The notes under the pieces: generated by a model
The model's input: only the letters and a program-made list of their open reading frames with translations
The model's database searches: none
What the model was told of the DNA's origin: nothing
Source: Myxococcota bacterium
Lineage (GTDB): Bacteria; Myxococcota_A; UBA796; SXON01
Length of the DNA stretch: 64,000 nt
NCBI GenBank assembly: GCA_040386535.1
Contig: JAZKFH010000009.1
Coordinates: 273,296 to 337,295, forward strand
Reading direction: 5' to 3'
Program-made: the position numbers and the translations under genes
Shown: positions 9,577-18,604 of the stretch, piece by piece
Numbering within the stretch: position 1 is the stretch's first letter
Layout: each line of letters opens with the position of its first letter

Positions 9577-10425
9577 ATGCCGAGTCTGAAGGATCGAGTG
9601 GTCGTCGTGACCGGGGCCAGCCGTGGCGTCGGGGCCGCGGTGGCGGTGGCGTGTGCGCGGGAGGGGGCCAAGCTGGTGCTGGCCGCCAAGACGGTGGAGC
9701 CGGATGCGCGGCTGCCGGGCACGCTGCTCGACACCAAGCGGATGGTCGAGGAGGTCGGCGGCGAGGCCGAGGTCGTGCAGTTCGACGCTCGCGACGCGGA
9801 GCAGTGTGACGGGGTGATCCAGGCGGCCATGGCGCGCTTCGGCCGCGTGGACGTGCTGGTCAACAACGCGGGCGCCATCTTCTGGGCCCCCGTGGCCGAC
9901 TGGCCGCAGAAGAAGTTCGACCTGGTGTTCGGGGTCAACGTGCGCGCGTCGTTCGCGCTCGCCCACGCCGCCATCCCCCACATGCGCAAGCAGGGCTTCG
10001 GCCACATCCTGATGATGTCGCCGCCGTTCGCACCCGCGGGCTGCGTCGGCAAGGCGCCGTACCTCGTCTCCAAGCTCGGCATGACGATGCTCGCCATGGC
10101 GATCGACGCCGAGGAGAAGGACAACGGCATCGCCGCGCACGCGCTCTGGCCAGTGGCCGCGATCAAGACCGCCGCGACCGTCAACCTCGGCATGGGCGAC
10201 GACGCGCAGTGGCGCACGGTCGACATCCTCTCGGACGCAACGATCGCGCTGCTGAAGCGGGACCCGCGCGAGTGCCGGTTCCGCGCGTGGCTCGACGAGG
10301 AGGTGCTCGCCGAGGAGGGCATCACCGACTTCACGAAGTACCGCTGTGTCGCCGACTCCGAGCCGCCGCCGATCTCGATCGAGCTGGTCGACCCGGGTTG
10401 GGGTGCGCGCATGGGGCGCTCGTGA
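9577..10425 (+). CDS. Short-chain dehydrogenase/reductase (HSDL2-like)
   Basis: TGASRGVG, LAAKT, NNAG, YLVSK (YxxxK), ALWP..IKTAA. Confidence 0.92.
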   Translation: MPSLKDRVVVVTGASRGVGAAVAVACAREGAKLVLAAKTVEPDARLPGTLLDTKRMVEEVGGEAEVVQFDARDAEQCDGVIQAAMARFGRVDVLVNNAGAIFWAPVADWPQKKFDLVFGVNVRASFALAHAAIPHMRKQGFGHILMMSPPFAPAGCVGKAPYLVSKLGMTMLAMAIDAEEKDNGIAAHALWPVAAIKTAATVNLGMGDDAQWRTVDILSDATIALLKRDPRECRFRAWLDEEVLAEEGITDFTKYRCVADSEPPPISIELVDPGWGARMGRS

Positions 10426-11369
10426 TCGCCCTCGTCGCGGCGCTCGCCGCGTTTGCCCACGCCGCGGAGACGGCGCACTACCACCCCAACGACGTGGCGA
10501 AGAAGAGCGCCGTGTTCGCCAAGGTCGCGGACACGATGGGGCCCGCGTTCGAGGAGCGCCAGGGCCGCATCGCGGTGCTGGGGACCGCGCTCGCGGAGCT
10601 CGAGCTGGGCGTGGCGCTCCTCGGCGCCGCCGCGCCCGCGGAGGTGCGCGACTGGTCTGTGGCGACGCGTCGCAAGGTCGTTGGCGAGACGCTCCGGTTG
10701 CAGCGCCACGTGGACCTGCTGCAGGAGGACTACGGGCGCGTGTTCGGGGCCGCGGTCAGCCGCGCGCTGCCGACGGTGGGGAAGGGGTTCGAGGTCAAGG
10801 AGTGCGGCGCCACCGGCGTCCTCGCGATGATGGGGAAGAAGGACTGCCCCGGCACCGACCTGAACCCGAAGCTCGGCGCGGCCCTCGACGCCGACGCCGC
10901 GCTCGGCAAGGAGCTCGCCGACATCGCGTCGGTGGAGTGGCCGACGTTCGCGGCGCCGAAGGCCGCGCAGCCGGTCGTCGCGCTCACGGGCACCGCGCGG
11001 TGGGTGTCCGGCGGTGCGTTGGCCGAGGCGCTGATCGGCCCCCACGTCAAGGCGCGCCAGGACGCGCTCGAGTCGAAGATCGACCGGATGATGCCGGACG
11101 AGCCGACCGAGGACGACGTGAAGAAGGCCCAGGCGCTCAAGGACGCCTACCTCGCGGCGCTCGGGAGCGACGGCGATGTGCTCCGGGCCGCGCTCGGCGA
11201 CGCGCTCACGCGCGCCGAGAAGAAGGGCGGGCCCACCCAGGTGGGCTGGTGCGCCAATCCCGCGACGCTCGGCGGCTGCCCCGGGGACGAGGTGACCGAG
11301 TCGGTGCTCGTGACGCTTCGGGCGGACAAGAAGTTCCTGAAGGCGATTGGGGCGCTTCAGGCGGAGTGA
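10422..11369 (+). CDS. Exported hypothetical protein
   Basis: The GTG start overlaps the SDR TGA. Signal peptide VIALVAALAAFAHA. Helical, with paired cysteines. Confidence 0.7.
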   Translation: MIALVAALAAFAHAAETAHYHPNDVAKKSAVFAKVADTMGPAFEERQGRIAVLGTALAELELGVALLGAAAPAEVRDWSVATRRKVVGETLRLQRHVDLLQEDYGRVFGAAVSRALPTVGKGFEVKECGATGVLAMMGKKDCPGTDLNPKLGAALDADAALGKELADIASVEWPTFAAPKAAQPVVALTGTARWVSGGALAEALIGPHVKARQDALESKIDRMMPDEPTEDDVKKAQALKDAYLAALGSDGDVLRAALGDALTRAEKKGGPTQVGWCANPATLGGCPGDEVTESVLVTLRADKKFLKAIGALQAE

Positions 11370-11390
11370 GTCCTTCTCGCCGGGAGCCCG

Positions 11391-14300
11391 TCACCGGCGC
11401 CGCCGCCCGAGCGCCAGCCCCGCGAGCGCCAGCCCGGCGAGCCCCGAGAGCGGGGCTCCCGGCGTGGCGCAGCCGCACCCCGAGTCCTGCTCGAGGTAGT
11501 CGGGCTCGCTGATCTCATCGGGGCCGGGGCGCCAGTCCTCGGCCGTGTCGCGCGTGTCCGTGTCGACGATCACCGGCCCCGTGTCCGCGGGCGTGCCCGT
11601 GTCGTCGGCGGGCTCGCCGTAGTCGCAGTCCTCGTCGACCGTGCCGTCGCAGTCCTGGTCGCCGCCGCCGCAGTCGTCGACCGTGTTGTCGGGGGAGACC
11701 GACGCGTCGGTGTCGTCGCAGTCGCCGCCGCCCCAGGCGATGGCGTCGCGGCCGTCCCCATCGGCGTCGTAGTCGCTCGCCAGGTCGCAGTCGCTGTCTA
11801 CGCCGTCGTACCAGGCGTCGGCCGCGCCGGGGAAGGTGGTGGCGTCGGTGTCGTCACAGTCGGCGTCGGCGTCGAAGCCGTCCCCGTCGCAGTCGTCGCA
11901 CAGGAGCACGTCGGCGCCGTCGCAGTCCTGGTCGATCCCGTCGCCTTCGATCTCGCTGGCCGCCGGGGAGATCGCCGCGTCGCCGTCGTCACAGTCGAGG
12001 CCGCCAGCGCCGTCCGCCGCGTAGCCGTCGCCGTCACAGTCGTCGTCGTCCTCGCCGCCACAGTCACTGTCCACGCCGTCGTAACAGGCGTCCGGTGCGC
12101 CGAGGAACACGGTGGCGTCGGTGTCGTCGCAGTCCTCGCCGCCGTACCAGGAGGTGACCTGTCCGTCGCCATCCAGATCGTACTCGCCGGCGCTGCCGCC
12201 CACGCAGTCCTGATCGATGCCGTCGTAGGGGTAGTCGGTCGCGTCGGGATGGATGGCGAACACGGTGTCGTCACAGTCGGCGCCGCCGTGCAGATCGGAG
12301 GCGTACCCGTCCAGATCGCAGTCGTTGTCGTCCCAGCCGTCACAGTTCGCGTCGAGCCCGTCGTAACAGACCTCGTCCACGCCGGGGCTGACGGTGGGAT
12401 CGGTGTCGTCGCAGTCGCCGCCGCCGTCGGCAACGCCGTCGTAGCCGTCCCCGTCGTAGTCGTACTCGGCGCCGCCGTCGCAGTTGGTGTCGATGCCGTC
12501 GCCCAGGGCGTCGTCCGCCGCGGGGTTCACCGCCGTGTCGGCGTCGTCACAGTCGTCGCCGCCATGGGCGTCGGACGCGTAGCCGTCGCCGTCGCAGTCG
12601 TTGTCGTCCGCGTCGTCACAGTCGGTGTCCACGCCGTCGTAACAGACTTCACCATCTGCGCCCGGATACGCGGTCGGCTCGGCGTCCTCGCAGTCCTCGC
12701 CGCCCCAGGCGATGGCGTCGTAGCCGTCGCCGTCGGCGTCGTAGTCGCTCACGGTGTCGCCCGCGCAGTCCTGGTCGACACCGTCGTAGTAGACCTCGAC
12801 CGCGTCCGGGCTGATCGTCGCGTCCGTGTCGTCGCAGTCGAGCGTGCCGGAGCCGCTGTCGATGGGGAAGCCGTCCCCGTCGGCATCGTCGTCGTCGTCC
12901 CCCGCGCAGTCCTGGTCGACGCCGTCGTACCAGACCTCCGTGGCGTCGGGGCTCACCGTCGTGTCGCCGTCGTCACAGTCCAGGCCGCCGAAGGCGACGT
13001 CGTCGTGGCCGTCGCGGTCGGCGTCGTAGTCGGACAGCCCGTCACAGTCGGCGTCGACGCCGTCGTACCAGATCTCGGTGGCGTCGGGGTTGGTCGTGGC
13101 GGTCTCGTCGTCGCAATCGAGCAGGTAGTCGCTGCCGTCGGCGTCCGCGTCGTAGTCGTCGTTGCCGGCGCAGTCGGCGTCCACGCCGTCGTACCAGGCG
13201 TCCGGTGCGCCGGGGTAGGTCCCGGCGTCCGCGTCGTCGCAGTCGCCGTCCCGCTCGGTGAGGCCGTCGCCATCGGCGTCGTCGAGGCCGAGAGTGGAGT
13301 AGACGAGGTCGTCCAGGCCCCAGGTGTCGACGCCGGAGACGACGATCTCGTCGATGGGTACGTCGAAGGTGAGGCCGTAGAACGCGTCGAGCGTCGAGGG
13401 GGTGAACGTGGTGGAGTACAGGAGGACGCCGTCCTCGTAGGCGGAGACGCTGAAGGACACGCTGCCGTCGAGCACGTAGAAGCCCAGGGCCGGCTGGTCC
13501 TCGTCGAACACGATCCGGGTCGAGGACGCGCTCACCTGGGCCGCGCGCGTGTCGTGGGGGGAGGTCCCGCCGACGACGCTGGCGCCGACGAGCCCGCCGT
13601 CGAACGCCACGCCCACGTCGCGGTACTGGCTGCGGACGACCTCGCCGCCGCCGACGATCTCGAAGTCGATGACGGACGCGTCGGCGAGCGCCGCGGCGGC
13701 CGCCCACGTGCTCGGGTCGGTGTAGGCGGTGGCGTCCCCGGCGTCGATGACGCCGTCACAGTCGTTGTCGACGCCGTCGGTGAGGACCTCCGGCGCGTCG
13801 GGGGAGGTGGTCGCATCCCCGTCGTCGCAGTCCCCCTCGGCGTCGCTGAAGCCGTCGCCGTCGCGGTCGCTGTCGGCCGCCCAGGCGATCTCGAGCGCGT
13901 CGAGGCCGAAGCCGTCCGACGTGGCGCCGGTGAGCGTGACGGCGGTGACCTCGTCCGCGAAGACGAACCCGCGGTACACGCCGCCGGTGCGGTCCTCCCC
14001 GGACAGGTCGAACGCGTAGCCGCTGACGACGGAGCCGCTCGGCCCAGTGGCGACGAGCGTGAAGGTGTCGTCGGGATCGAGGACACGCACGGCGAGCCCG
14101 TCCACCGCGTCAGCGAACGCGATGCCGACGCTGTTGGTGTCCCCGGGAAGCACGCGGGCGCCGCGCTCACCCACGGGGGCCGTGCCGTACACCGTCGCGA
14201 GCGCGGTGATGTCGCCGGCGAAGGCGAGGTCCCCGTAAATCGTGACGTCGTCGTCGTCCGCGTAGGTCTCGAACCCGTAGGTGTCGGTGGCGACCGCGCC

Positions 14301-16475
14301 CACATCGGCGAGGTCCCACGCCCAGCCGGCCGCGTCGTCGCGCACGCGCACCACGCCGTCCACCCAGCCGTCACAGTCGCCGTCGACGCTGTCGCCGGGG
14401 GTGTCGGTGCCGTCGGGCTGGGCCGTGGCCTCGGCGTCGTCACAGTCGTTGCCGCCCGCCGTGGCCGCGACGAAGCCGTCGCTGTCCAGGTCCAGGAAGT
14501 CGGGCCGGAAGGCCCAGGCGTAGACCGCGCCGTCGCTCGAGTAGTGGACGCTGTCGAACGGCGCGGTGGCGAACAGCGTCGCGACATCGCCGGCGTTCTG
14601 CGCCACGACCAGGCCCGTGGCGAGCGCGGCGCCGGATCCGGAGCCGGCGATCGCATGGTCCGCGGTCGACGCGAGGACGCTGCCGACGGGCGCCGTGGTG
14701 AACACGTAGGCCACGCCGCCGCTCGAGGCCGCGAGCCCCATGTTGGGCGCGCCCACCACGAGATCGTCGGTGCCGTCGCCGTCCAGATCCCCGGCCGCCA
14801 GGGTGCTGCCGAGGTTCGCGGAGACCGCCGTGCCCGCGACGATGGTCTCGGAGAGGTTCGCCGCCGGGACGCAGGTGAGCCCGGGGTCGTAGTTCCCGTA
14901 GACCTTGCCCGCGTTCGTGGCGCTGGCGGCCTCGGTCGAGCCCCCGACGAACAGGTCGAGCAGGCCGCTGCCGTCAATGTCGGCGAGCAGGAGGGCGGAG
15001 CCGAGGCGCGCGCTGGGACCGGGGGTGGAGAACTGGCAGGTGGCGGTCATGTCGATGTCGGCCGATGCCGCGAGGGCGCCGCCGGCGACGACGTAGACGG
15101 TCCCGGCGTTGGTCGCGCCGTCGTCGGCGTAGAGCGCGGAGATGACGAGGTCGTCGGCGCTGTCGCCGTCGAGGTCGCCGGTGGCGAGCGCGCCGCCGAG
15201 CTGGTCGGATGGGTCGAGGCCGAGAATCGTCACGTCGGCCCCAGTCAACGAGCTGGTGCCGGAGGCGATGCTCATGCCGTACACGACGTAGACCGCGCCG
15301 GCGTCCGTCCCGCCCTCGTCCGCGGTGGGCGCGCCGATGACGATGTCGCGGTAGCCGTCCCCGTCGAGATCCCCCGTGGCGAGCGCCGTGCCGGCCCCCG
15401 CGGCTCCCGAGGTCGGCCCGGTCCACGCGGCGGGCGCGTCGTCGGCCGAGACCGCGCCGCCGTAGCTCCCGCCCTCCCAGAGGTACACCTTGCCCGCGCG
15501 GTTGGCCGCGTCGTCGTTGGCAGGCGCGCCGACGAGGATGTCGTCCTGGCCGTCACCGTCTACGTCCGCGCTGGTGATGGCGGTCCCGAAGGCGTCGTCC
15601 GGCATCTCGCCCGCGAAGATCGCGTCGGCGTCGGACAGCTCACCCGGCGCATCCGGCCGGTAGATCAGCGCCACCTCACCGGCGTCGCGGTCCTGCGTAC
15701 CGACGAGGAGGTCCTCCGTTCCGTCCCCGTTCACGTCCCCCGCGCCGACCGCGCGCCCGGCGTAGTCGAAGGTGTCCTGGCCGGTCCACGGGTCGTCCAG
15801 GTCATCCGTCTCGACCGAGGCGCGGCCCGGGCGTGCGTCGTTGTCGCCGAACCAGATGGTCGTCGCGTCGGCGAAGGTGTCGTTGCAGGACCAGGGCAGG
15901 CCGCCGGAGGGGCCGTTGGTGCCGATCGTGGCGGTGGCGCCGCGGTCGTGGGCAGCGTCTCCCCAGGTGGTGTCGTCGAGGACGACCACGGCCTCGTTGC
16001 GCCCCTCCAGCAGCCAGATCTGGAAGCGGCCGTCCCCGCCGGCCGTCGCGTGGGCCACGCCATCCCACGACACGACGAACGTGCGCGAGGGCCACGTGCC
16101 GTAGGTGGCCGTGTGAACGGTGCTCGCGGCGAGGTCGTCCCAGTAGGCCGCGATGCCGGTCCACGTGGTGCCGCCGGGGCAGAGGCCGGTCGACAGCGGG
16201 CTCGCGCCGCGGAAGAACAGGACGCCGTTGGCGGAGATCGTCGCCTCCTCCCACTCCGTCCCGTAGAACGAGAACGGGAAGGGGAGGTCGATGGTGACGA
16301 GCTCGTCGTCCCCGAGGGGCCAGGCGTCCCCGCCCGCCGCGTCGAGCCAGGCGTGGGAGGGGCCGAGCGGCTCGTCGGAGTCGGTGAAGACCACCCCGGC
16401 GGTGTCGGGGCCGCCCGTGGCCGCGCTCGCGAGGGGGAGGAAGAACAGGGGGACGGTCAAGGAGAGGAGGCGCAC
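11391..16475 (-). CDS. Large surface protein: NIDO-like N-domain, FG-GAP/integrin-alpha propeller, about 14 MopE-type putative metal-binding repeats, MYXO-CTERM-like tail
   Basis: Signal peptide. LPFPFSFYG..ISANG. Six clear (G/A)DxxGDG..D.vvGAP-type repeats. Repeated DxDGDG...DCDD..PGA.E..YDGVD.DC. C-terminal SGCGCAT + TM + RRRR. Confidence 0.9.
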   Translation of the reverse strand: MRLLSLTVPLFFLPLASAATGGPDTAGVVFTDSDEPLGPSHAWLDAAGGDAWPLGDDELVTIDLPFPFSFYGTEWEEATISANGVLFFRGASPLSTGLCPGGTTWTGIAAYWDDLAASTVHTATYGTWPSRTFVVSWDGVAHATAGGDGRFQIWLLEGRNEAVVVLDDTTWGDAAHDRGATATIGTNGPSGGLPWSCNDTFADATTIWFGDNDARPGRASVETDDLDDPWTGQDTFDYAGRAVGAGDVNGDGTEDLLVGTQDRDAGEVALIYRPDAPGELSDADAIFAGEMPDDAFGTAITSADVDGDGQDDILVGAPANDDAANRAGKVYLWEGGSYGGAVSADDAPAAWTGPTSGAAGAGTALATGDLDGDGYRDIVIGAPTADEGGTDAGAVYVVYGMSIASGTSSLTGADVTILGLDPSDQLGGALATGDLDGDSADDLVISALYADDGATNAGTVYVVAGGALAASADIDMTATCQFSTPGPSARLGSALLLADIDGSGLLDLFVGGSTEAASATNAGKVYGNYDPGLTCVPAANLSETIVAGTAVSANLGSTLAAGDLDGDGTDDLVVGAPNMGLAASSGGVAYVFTTAPVGSVLASTADHAIAGSGSGAALATGLVVAQNAGDVATLFATAPFDSVHYSSDGAVYAWAFRPDFLDLDSDGFVAATAGGNDCDDAEATAQPDGTDTPGDSVDGDCDGWVDGVVRVRDDAAGWAWDLADVGAVATDTYGFETYADDDDVTIYGDLAFAGDITALATVYGTAPVGERGARVLPGDTNSVGIAFADAVDGLAVRVLDPDDTFTLVATGPSGSVVSGYAFDLSGEDRTGGVYRGFVFADEVTAVTLTGATSDGFGLDALEIAWAADSDRDGDGFSDAEGDCDDGDATTSPDAPEVLTDGVDNDCDGVIDAGDATAYTDPSTWAAAAALADASVIDFEIVGGGEVVRSQYRDVGVAFDGGLVGASVVGGTSPHDTRAAQVSASSTRIVFDEDQPALGFYVLDGSVSFSVSAYEDGVLLYSTTFTPSTLDAFYGLTFDVPIDEIVVSGVDTWGLDDLVYSTLGLDDADGDGLTERDGDCDDADAGTYPGAPDAWYDGVDADCAGNDDYDADADGSDYLLDCDDETATTNPDATEIWYDGVDADCDGLSDYDADRDGHDDVAFGGLDCDDGDTTVSPDATEVWYDGVDQDCAGDDDDDADGDGFPIDSGSGTLDCDDTDATISPDAVEVYYDGVDQDCAGDTVSDYDADGDGYDAIAWGGEDCEDAEPTAYPGADGEVCYDGVDTDCDDADDNDCDGDGYASDAHGGDDCDDADTAVNPAADDALGDGIDTNCDGGAEYDYDGDGYDGVADGGGDCDDTDPTVSPGVDEVCYDGLDANCDGWDDNDCDLDGYASDLHGGADCDDTVFAIHPDATDYPYDGIDQDCVGGSAGEYDLDGDGQVTSWYGGEDCDDTDATVFLGAPDACYDGVDSDCGGEDDDDCDGDGYAADGAGGLDCDDGDAAISPAASEIEGDGIDQDCDGADVLLCDDCDGDGFDADADCDDTDATTFPGAADAWYDGVDSDCDLASDYDADGDGRDAIAWGGGDCDDTDASVSPDNTVDDCGGGDQDCDGTVDEDCDYGEPADDTGTPADTGPVIVDTDTRDTAEDWRPGPDEISEPDYLEQDSGCGCATPGAPLSGLAGLALAGLALGRRRR

Positions 16476-16606
16476 GTCTCGATCCCAAGGGGTGCGACTC
16501 TACCGCGACCGCACGCGTTCCGGTGGGCCGAGGCCAAAACGGCGTGAGGGCCGCGCGGCGTGCACCGTGCGGCCCCTCTGCAATCCGCTGGGGCTCCGCG
16601 GGAGAT

Positions 16607-17755
16607 TCAGCGCATCCCGCAGCTCTCGTTGTCGGCGACCGCGGTGCCGTGGTCGTGACCGTGGTGGTCCCGGTCGTCGCGATCGCTGCGGCGGTCGTCG
16701 CGGTCGTCGCGGTCGTGGTGGCCCTCGTCCGCACGCTGGCGGGGGGGCGACCCGAAGGACACGCGGGCGGTCTCGAAGGGCTTCACCTCGATCCAGGTGT
16801 CGAGGATCTCGCGGCCGCGCTCGTCGCGCACCTCGACCTCGTGCCAGCCGACGGGCAGGTCGATGCGGCGGTCGCCGTTGGGCGCGAGCTCGGCGATCGT
16901 GCGATCGTCGATCTCGATCTTGGTGCCCATCCAGTGGTCGCTGTCGAGGCTCACGAGGCCGGTGCGGGGGGCGTCCACGCGCCAGCTGGTGGTCGCGCCG
17001 GGGCGGATCTCGGTGGTCTCGCCGTCGATGAACTCGCCCGAGGTGCGGCGCGCGGTGAGGCGGAACCCCCCGAGCGGGAGAGTGGCGTAGGTGGTCTGGC
17101 CGTACGCGCCCACGGTGCGGACGAGGCCCTTGTCACACACCAGCTCGATGGCGATGGGGAGCGGGTTGGTCACCACGAGGGTGCCGACCCGGGGCATCTC
17201 GACGAGCCAACGGGGCTCCTCGAAGGGGCGCAGATCGAGGCGGGTGCGGGAGAGGGTGCGGCCGTCGGCGGTGAGGGCGAGGTCGTGGCGGCCCGACCGC
17301 ATGGCGACGACCTTGGCCTCGCCGGGGTGGAAGGTGGTGTCGGCCTTGCCGTCGACCACGAGCTGCGCGTAGAAGGCGCTCTGGTTCGTCACGAGCAGCC
17401 GGGCGGTGTCCTCGGGGGTGAGGGTCACGCCGATCGTGCGGTTCGGCACCACGACGAGGCGATCGGTCTGGAGCACGCGTTCGGCCCCGAACTGGACGTA
17501 GCTGGCGCGCAGGGTGGCGTCGCCGGGGGCGGCCACCACCTCGGTGGTCTGCCAGGCCGGGAGGCGGCGAGCGGGCTGGCCGGAGAGGGAGATCGTGACC
17601 TCGCCGCCGGACTGGTTGGTGACCACGACGCGCCCGGGAGGCGGGCCGTAGCTGTCGTGCCCCCGGTGGCTGCGGGCGTGGGCCGCGGAGGGCGCCACGA
17701 GGGTGAACAGGGTCACCAGGGTGGCGAGGAGGGTGGGGAGCATCCTCGAGGTCAT
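16607..17755 (-). CDS. Exported protein with four tandem beta-sandwich (PEGA-like) modules and an Asp/Arg/His-rich tail
   Basis: Signal peptide ending SAAHA. Repeats GRVVVTNQ / ARLLVTNQ / GTLVVTNP / GLVSLDSD. LPVGWHEVEVRD. Confidence 0.7.
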   Translation of the reverse strand: MTSRMLPTLLATLVTLFTLVAPSAAHARSHRGHDSYGPPPGRVVVTNQSGGEVTISLSGQPARRLPAWQTTEVVAAPGDATLRASYVQFGAERVLQTDRLVVVPNRTIGVTLTPEDTARLLVTNQSAFYAQLVVDGKADTTFHPGEAKVVAMRSGRHDLALTADGRTLSRTRLDLRPFEEPRWLVEMPRVGTLVVTNPLPIAIELVCDKGLVRTVGAYGQTTYATLPLGGFRLTARRTSGEFIDGETTEIRPGATTSWRVDAPRTGLVSLDSDHWMGTKIEIDDRTIAELAPNGDRRIDLPVGWHEVEVRDERGREILDTWIEVKPFETARVSFGSPPRQRADEGHHDRDDRDDRRSDRDDRDHHGHDHGTAVADNESCGMR

Positions 17756-17884
17756 CGTGTCTCCGTGCGCGGGTCAGGTTGCCGCACGGTTGGGGTACGC
17801 CCCACGTTTGCGAGCCATTCGCGTTCGAAGAACAAGCCGCGCGGCGCGTATGGCGCGCATCGCGGATCAGGGGGACTGAATGCC

Positions 17885-17913
17885 TTGACAACCGAACGCC
17901 CGTTCAGTACGTT
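17885..17913 (+). promoter_or_regulatory. Sigma70-type lexA promoter with an SOS box in the spacer
   Basis: TTGACA (17885-17890), 17 nt, TACGTT (17908-17913). GAAC-GCCC-GTTC(AG) at 17894-17905. Confidence 0.8.
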
Positions 17914-17919
17914 GGGAAA

Positions 17920-18555
17920 ATGGACGACCTCGCGCCCCGCCAGCGGGCCTTGCTGGATTTCATCGCCTCCTACCAGGACCAGAAGGGCATCCCGCCCACG
18001 ATCCGTGAGATCGGGGAGGCCCTGGGCATCAAGAGCACCAACGGCGTGAGCGATCACATCAAGGCGCTCGTCAAGAAGGGCTACCTCGAGCGCGTGGGGG
18101 ACGCGCGTTCGTCCCGCGGCGTGCGCGTGTCGCAGTCCGCGCGCGGTGGCTTCCGGGACGAGGCGACCGTGGCGGTGCCCCTCATCGGGCGCGTCGCGGC
18201 GGGCTCGCCCGTGCTGGCAGAGGAGAACTACGCCGGCACCCTCCACATCGACAGCGCGATGCTCCCGCACAACGCGCCCGCCTTCGCGTTGACCGTCACC
18301 GGCAACTCCATGATCGAGGACGGCATTCTCGATGGGGACTACGTCTTCGTGCGCAAGCAGGAGACCGCGCGGAACGGCGAAATCACGGTCGTGATGGTGG
18401 ATGGGGACGCGACGGTGAAGCGCATCTACCGCGAGAAGGAGCGCATCCGGCTCCAGCCCTCGAACGCCGCGATGGAGCCCATCTGGGTGGAAGCCGGGCA
18501 GCAGTGCGACATCCTCGGGGTCGTGGTCGGCGTGTACCGGCGCGTCCGCGGCTGA
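17920..18555 (+). CDS. lexA: SOS repressor LexA
   Basis: PPTIREIGEALGIKSTNGV HTH, GRVAAG cleavage site, GNSM catalytic Ser, TVKR catalytic Lys, LQPSN. Confidence 0.97.
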   Translation: MDDLAPRQRALLDFIASYQDQKGIPPTIREIGEALGIKSTNGVSDHIKALVKKGYLERVGDARSSRGVRVSQSARGGFRDEATVAVPLIGRVAAGSPVLAEENYAGTLHIDSAMLPHNAPAFALTVTGNSMIEDGILDGDYVFVRKQETARNGEITVVMVDGDATVKRIYREKERIRLQPSNAAMEPIWVEAGQQCDILGVVVGVYRRVRG

Positions 18556-18604
18556 CGTCGGGACACGAGCAGCTTCCGATCCCGCATCAGCATAGGTTCG
18601 TGGC

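Noticed and set aside
12249..16547. 1432-aa plus-strand ORF
   Set aside because: Antisense shadow of the FG-GAP surface protein. It is Val/Ala/Gly-rich with no motifs, as expected in high-GC DNA.
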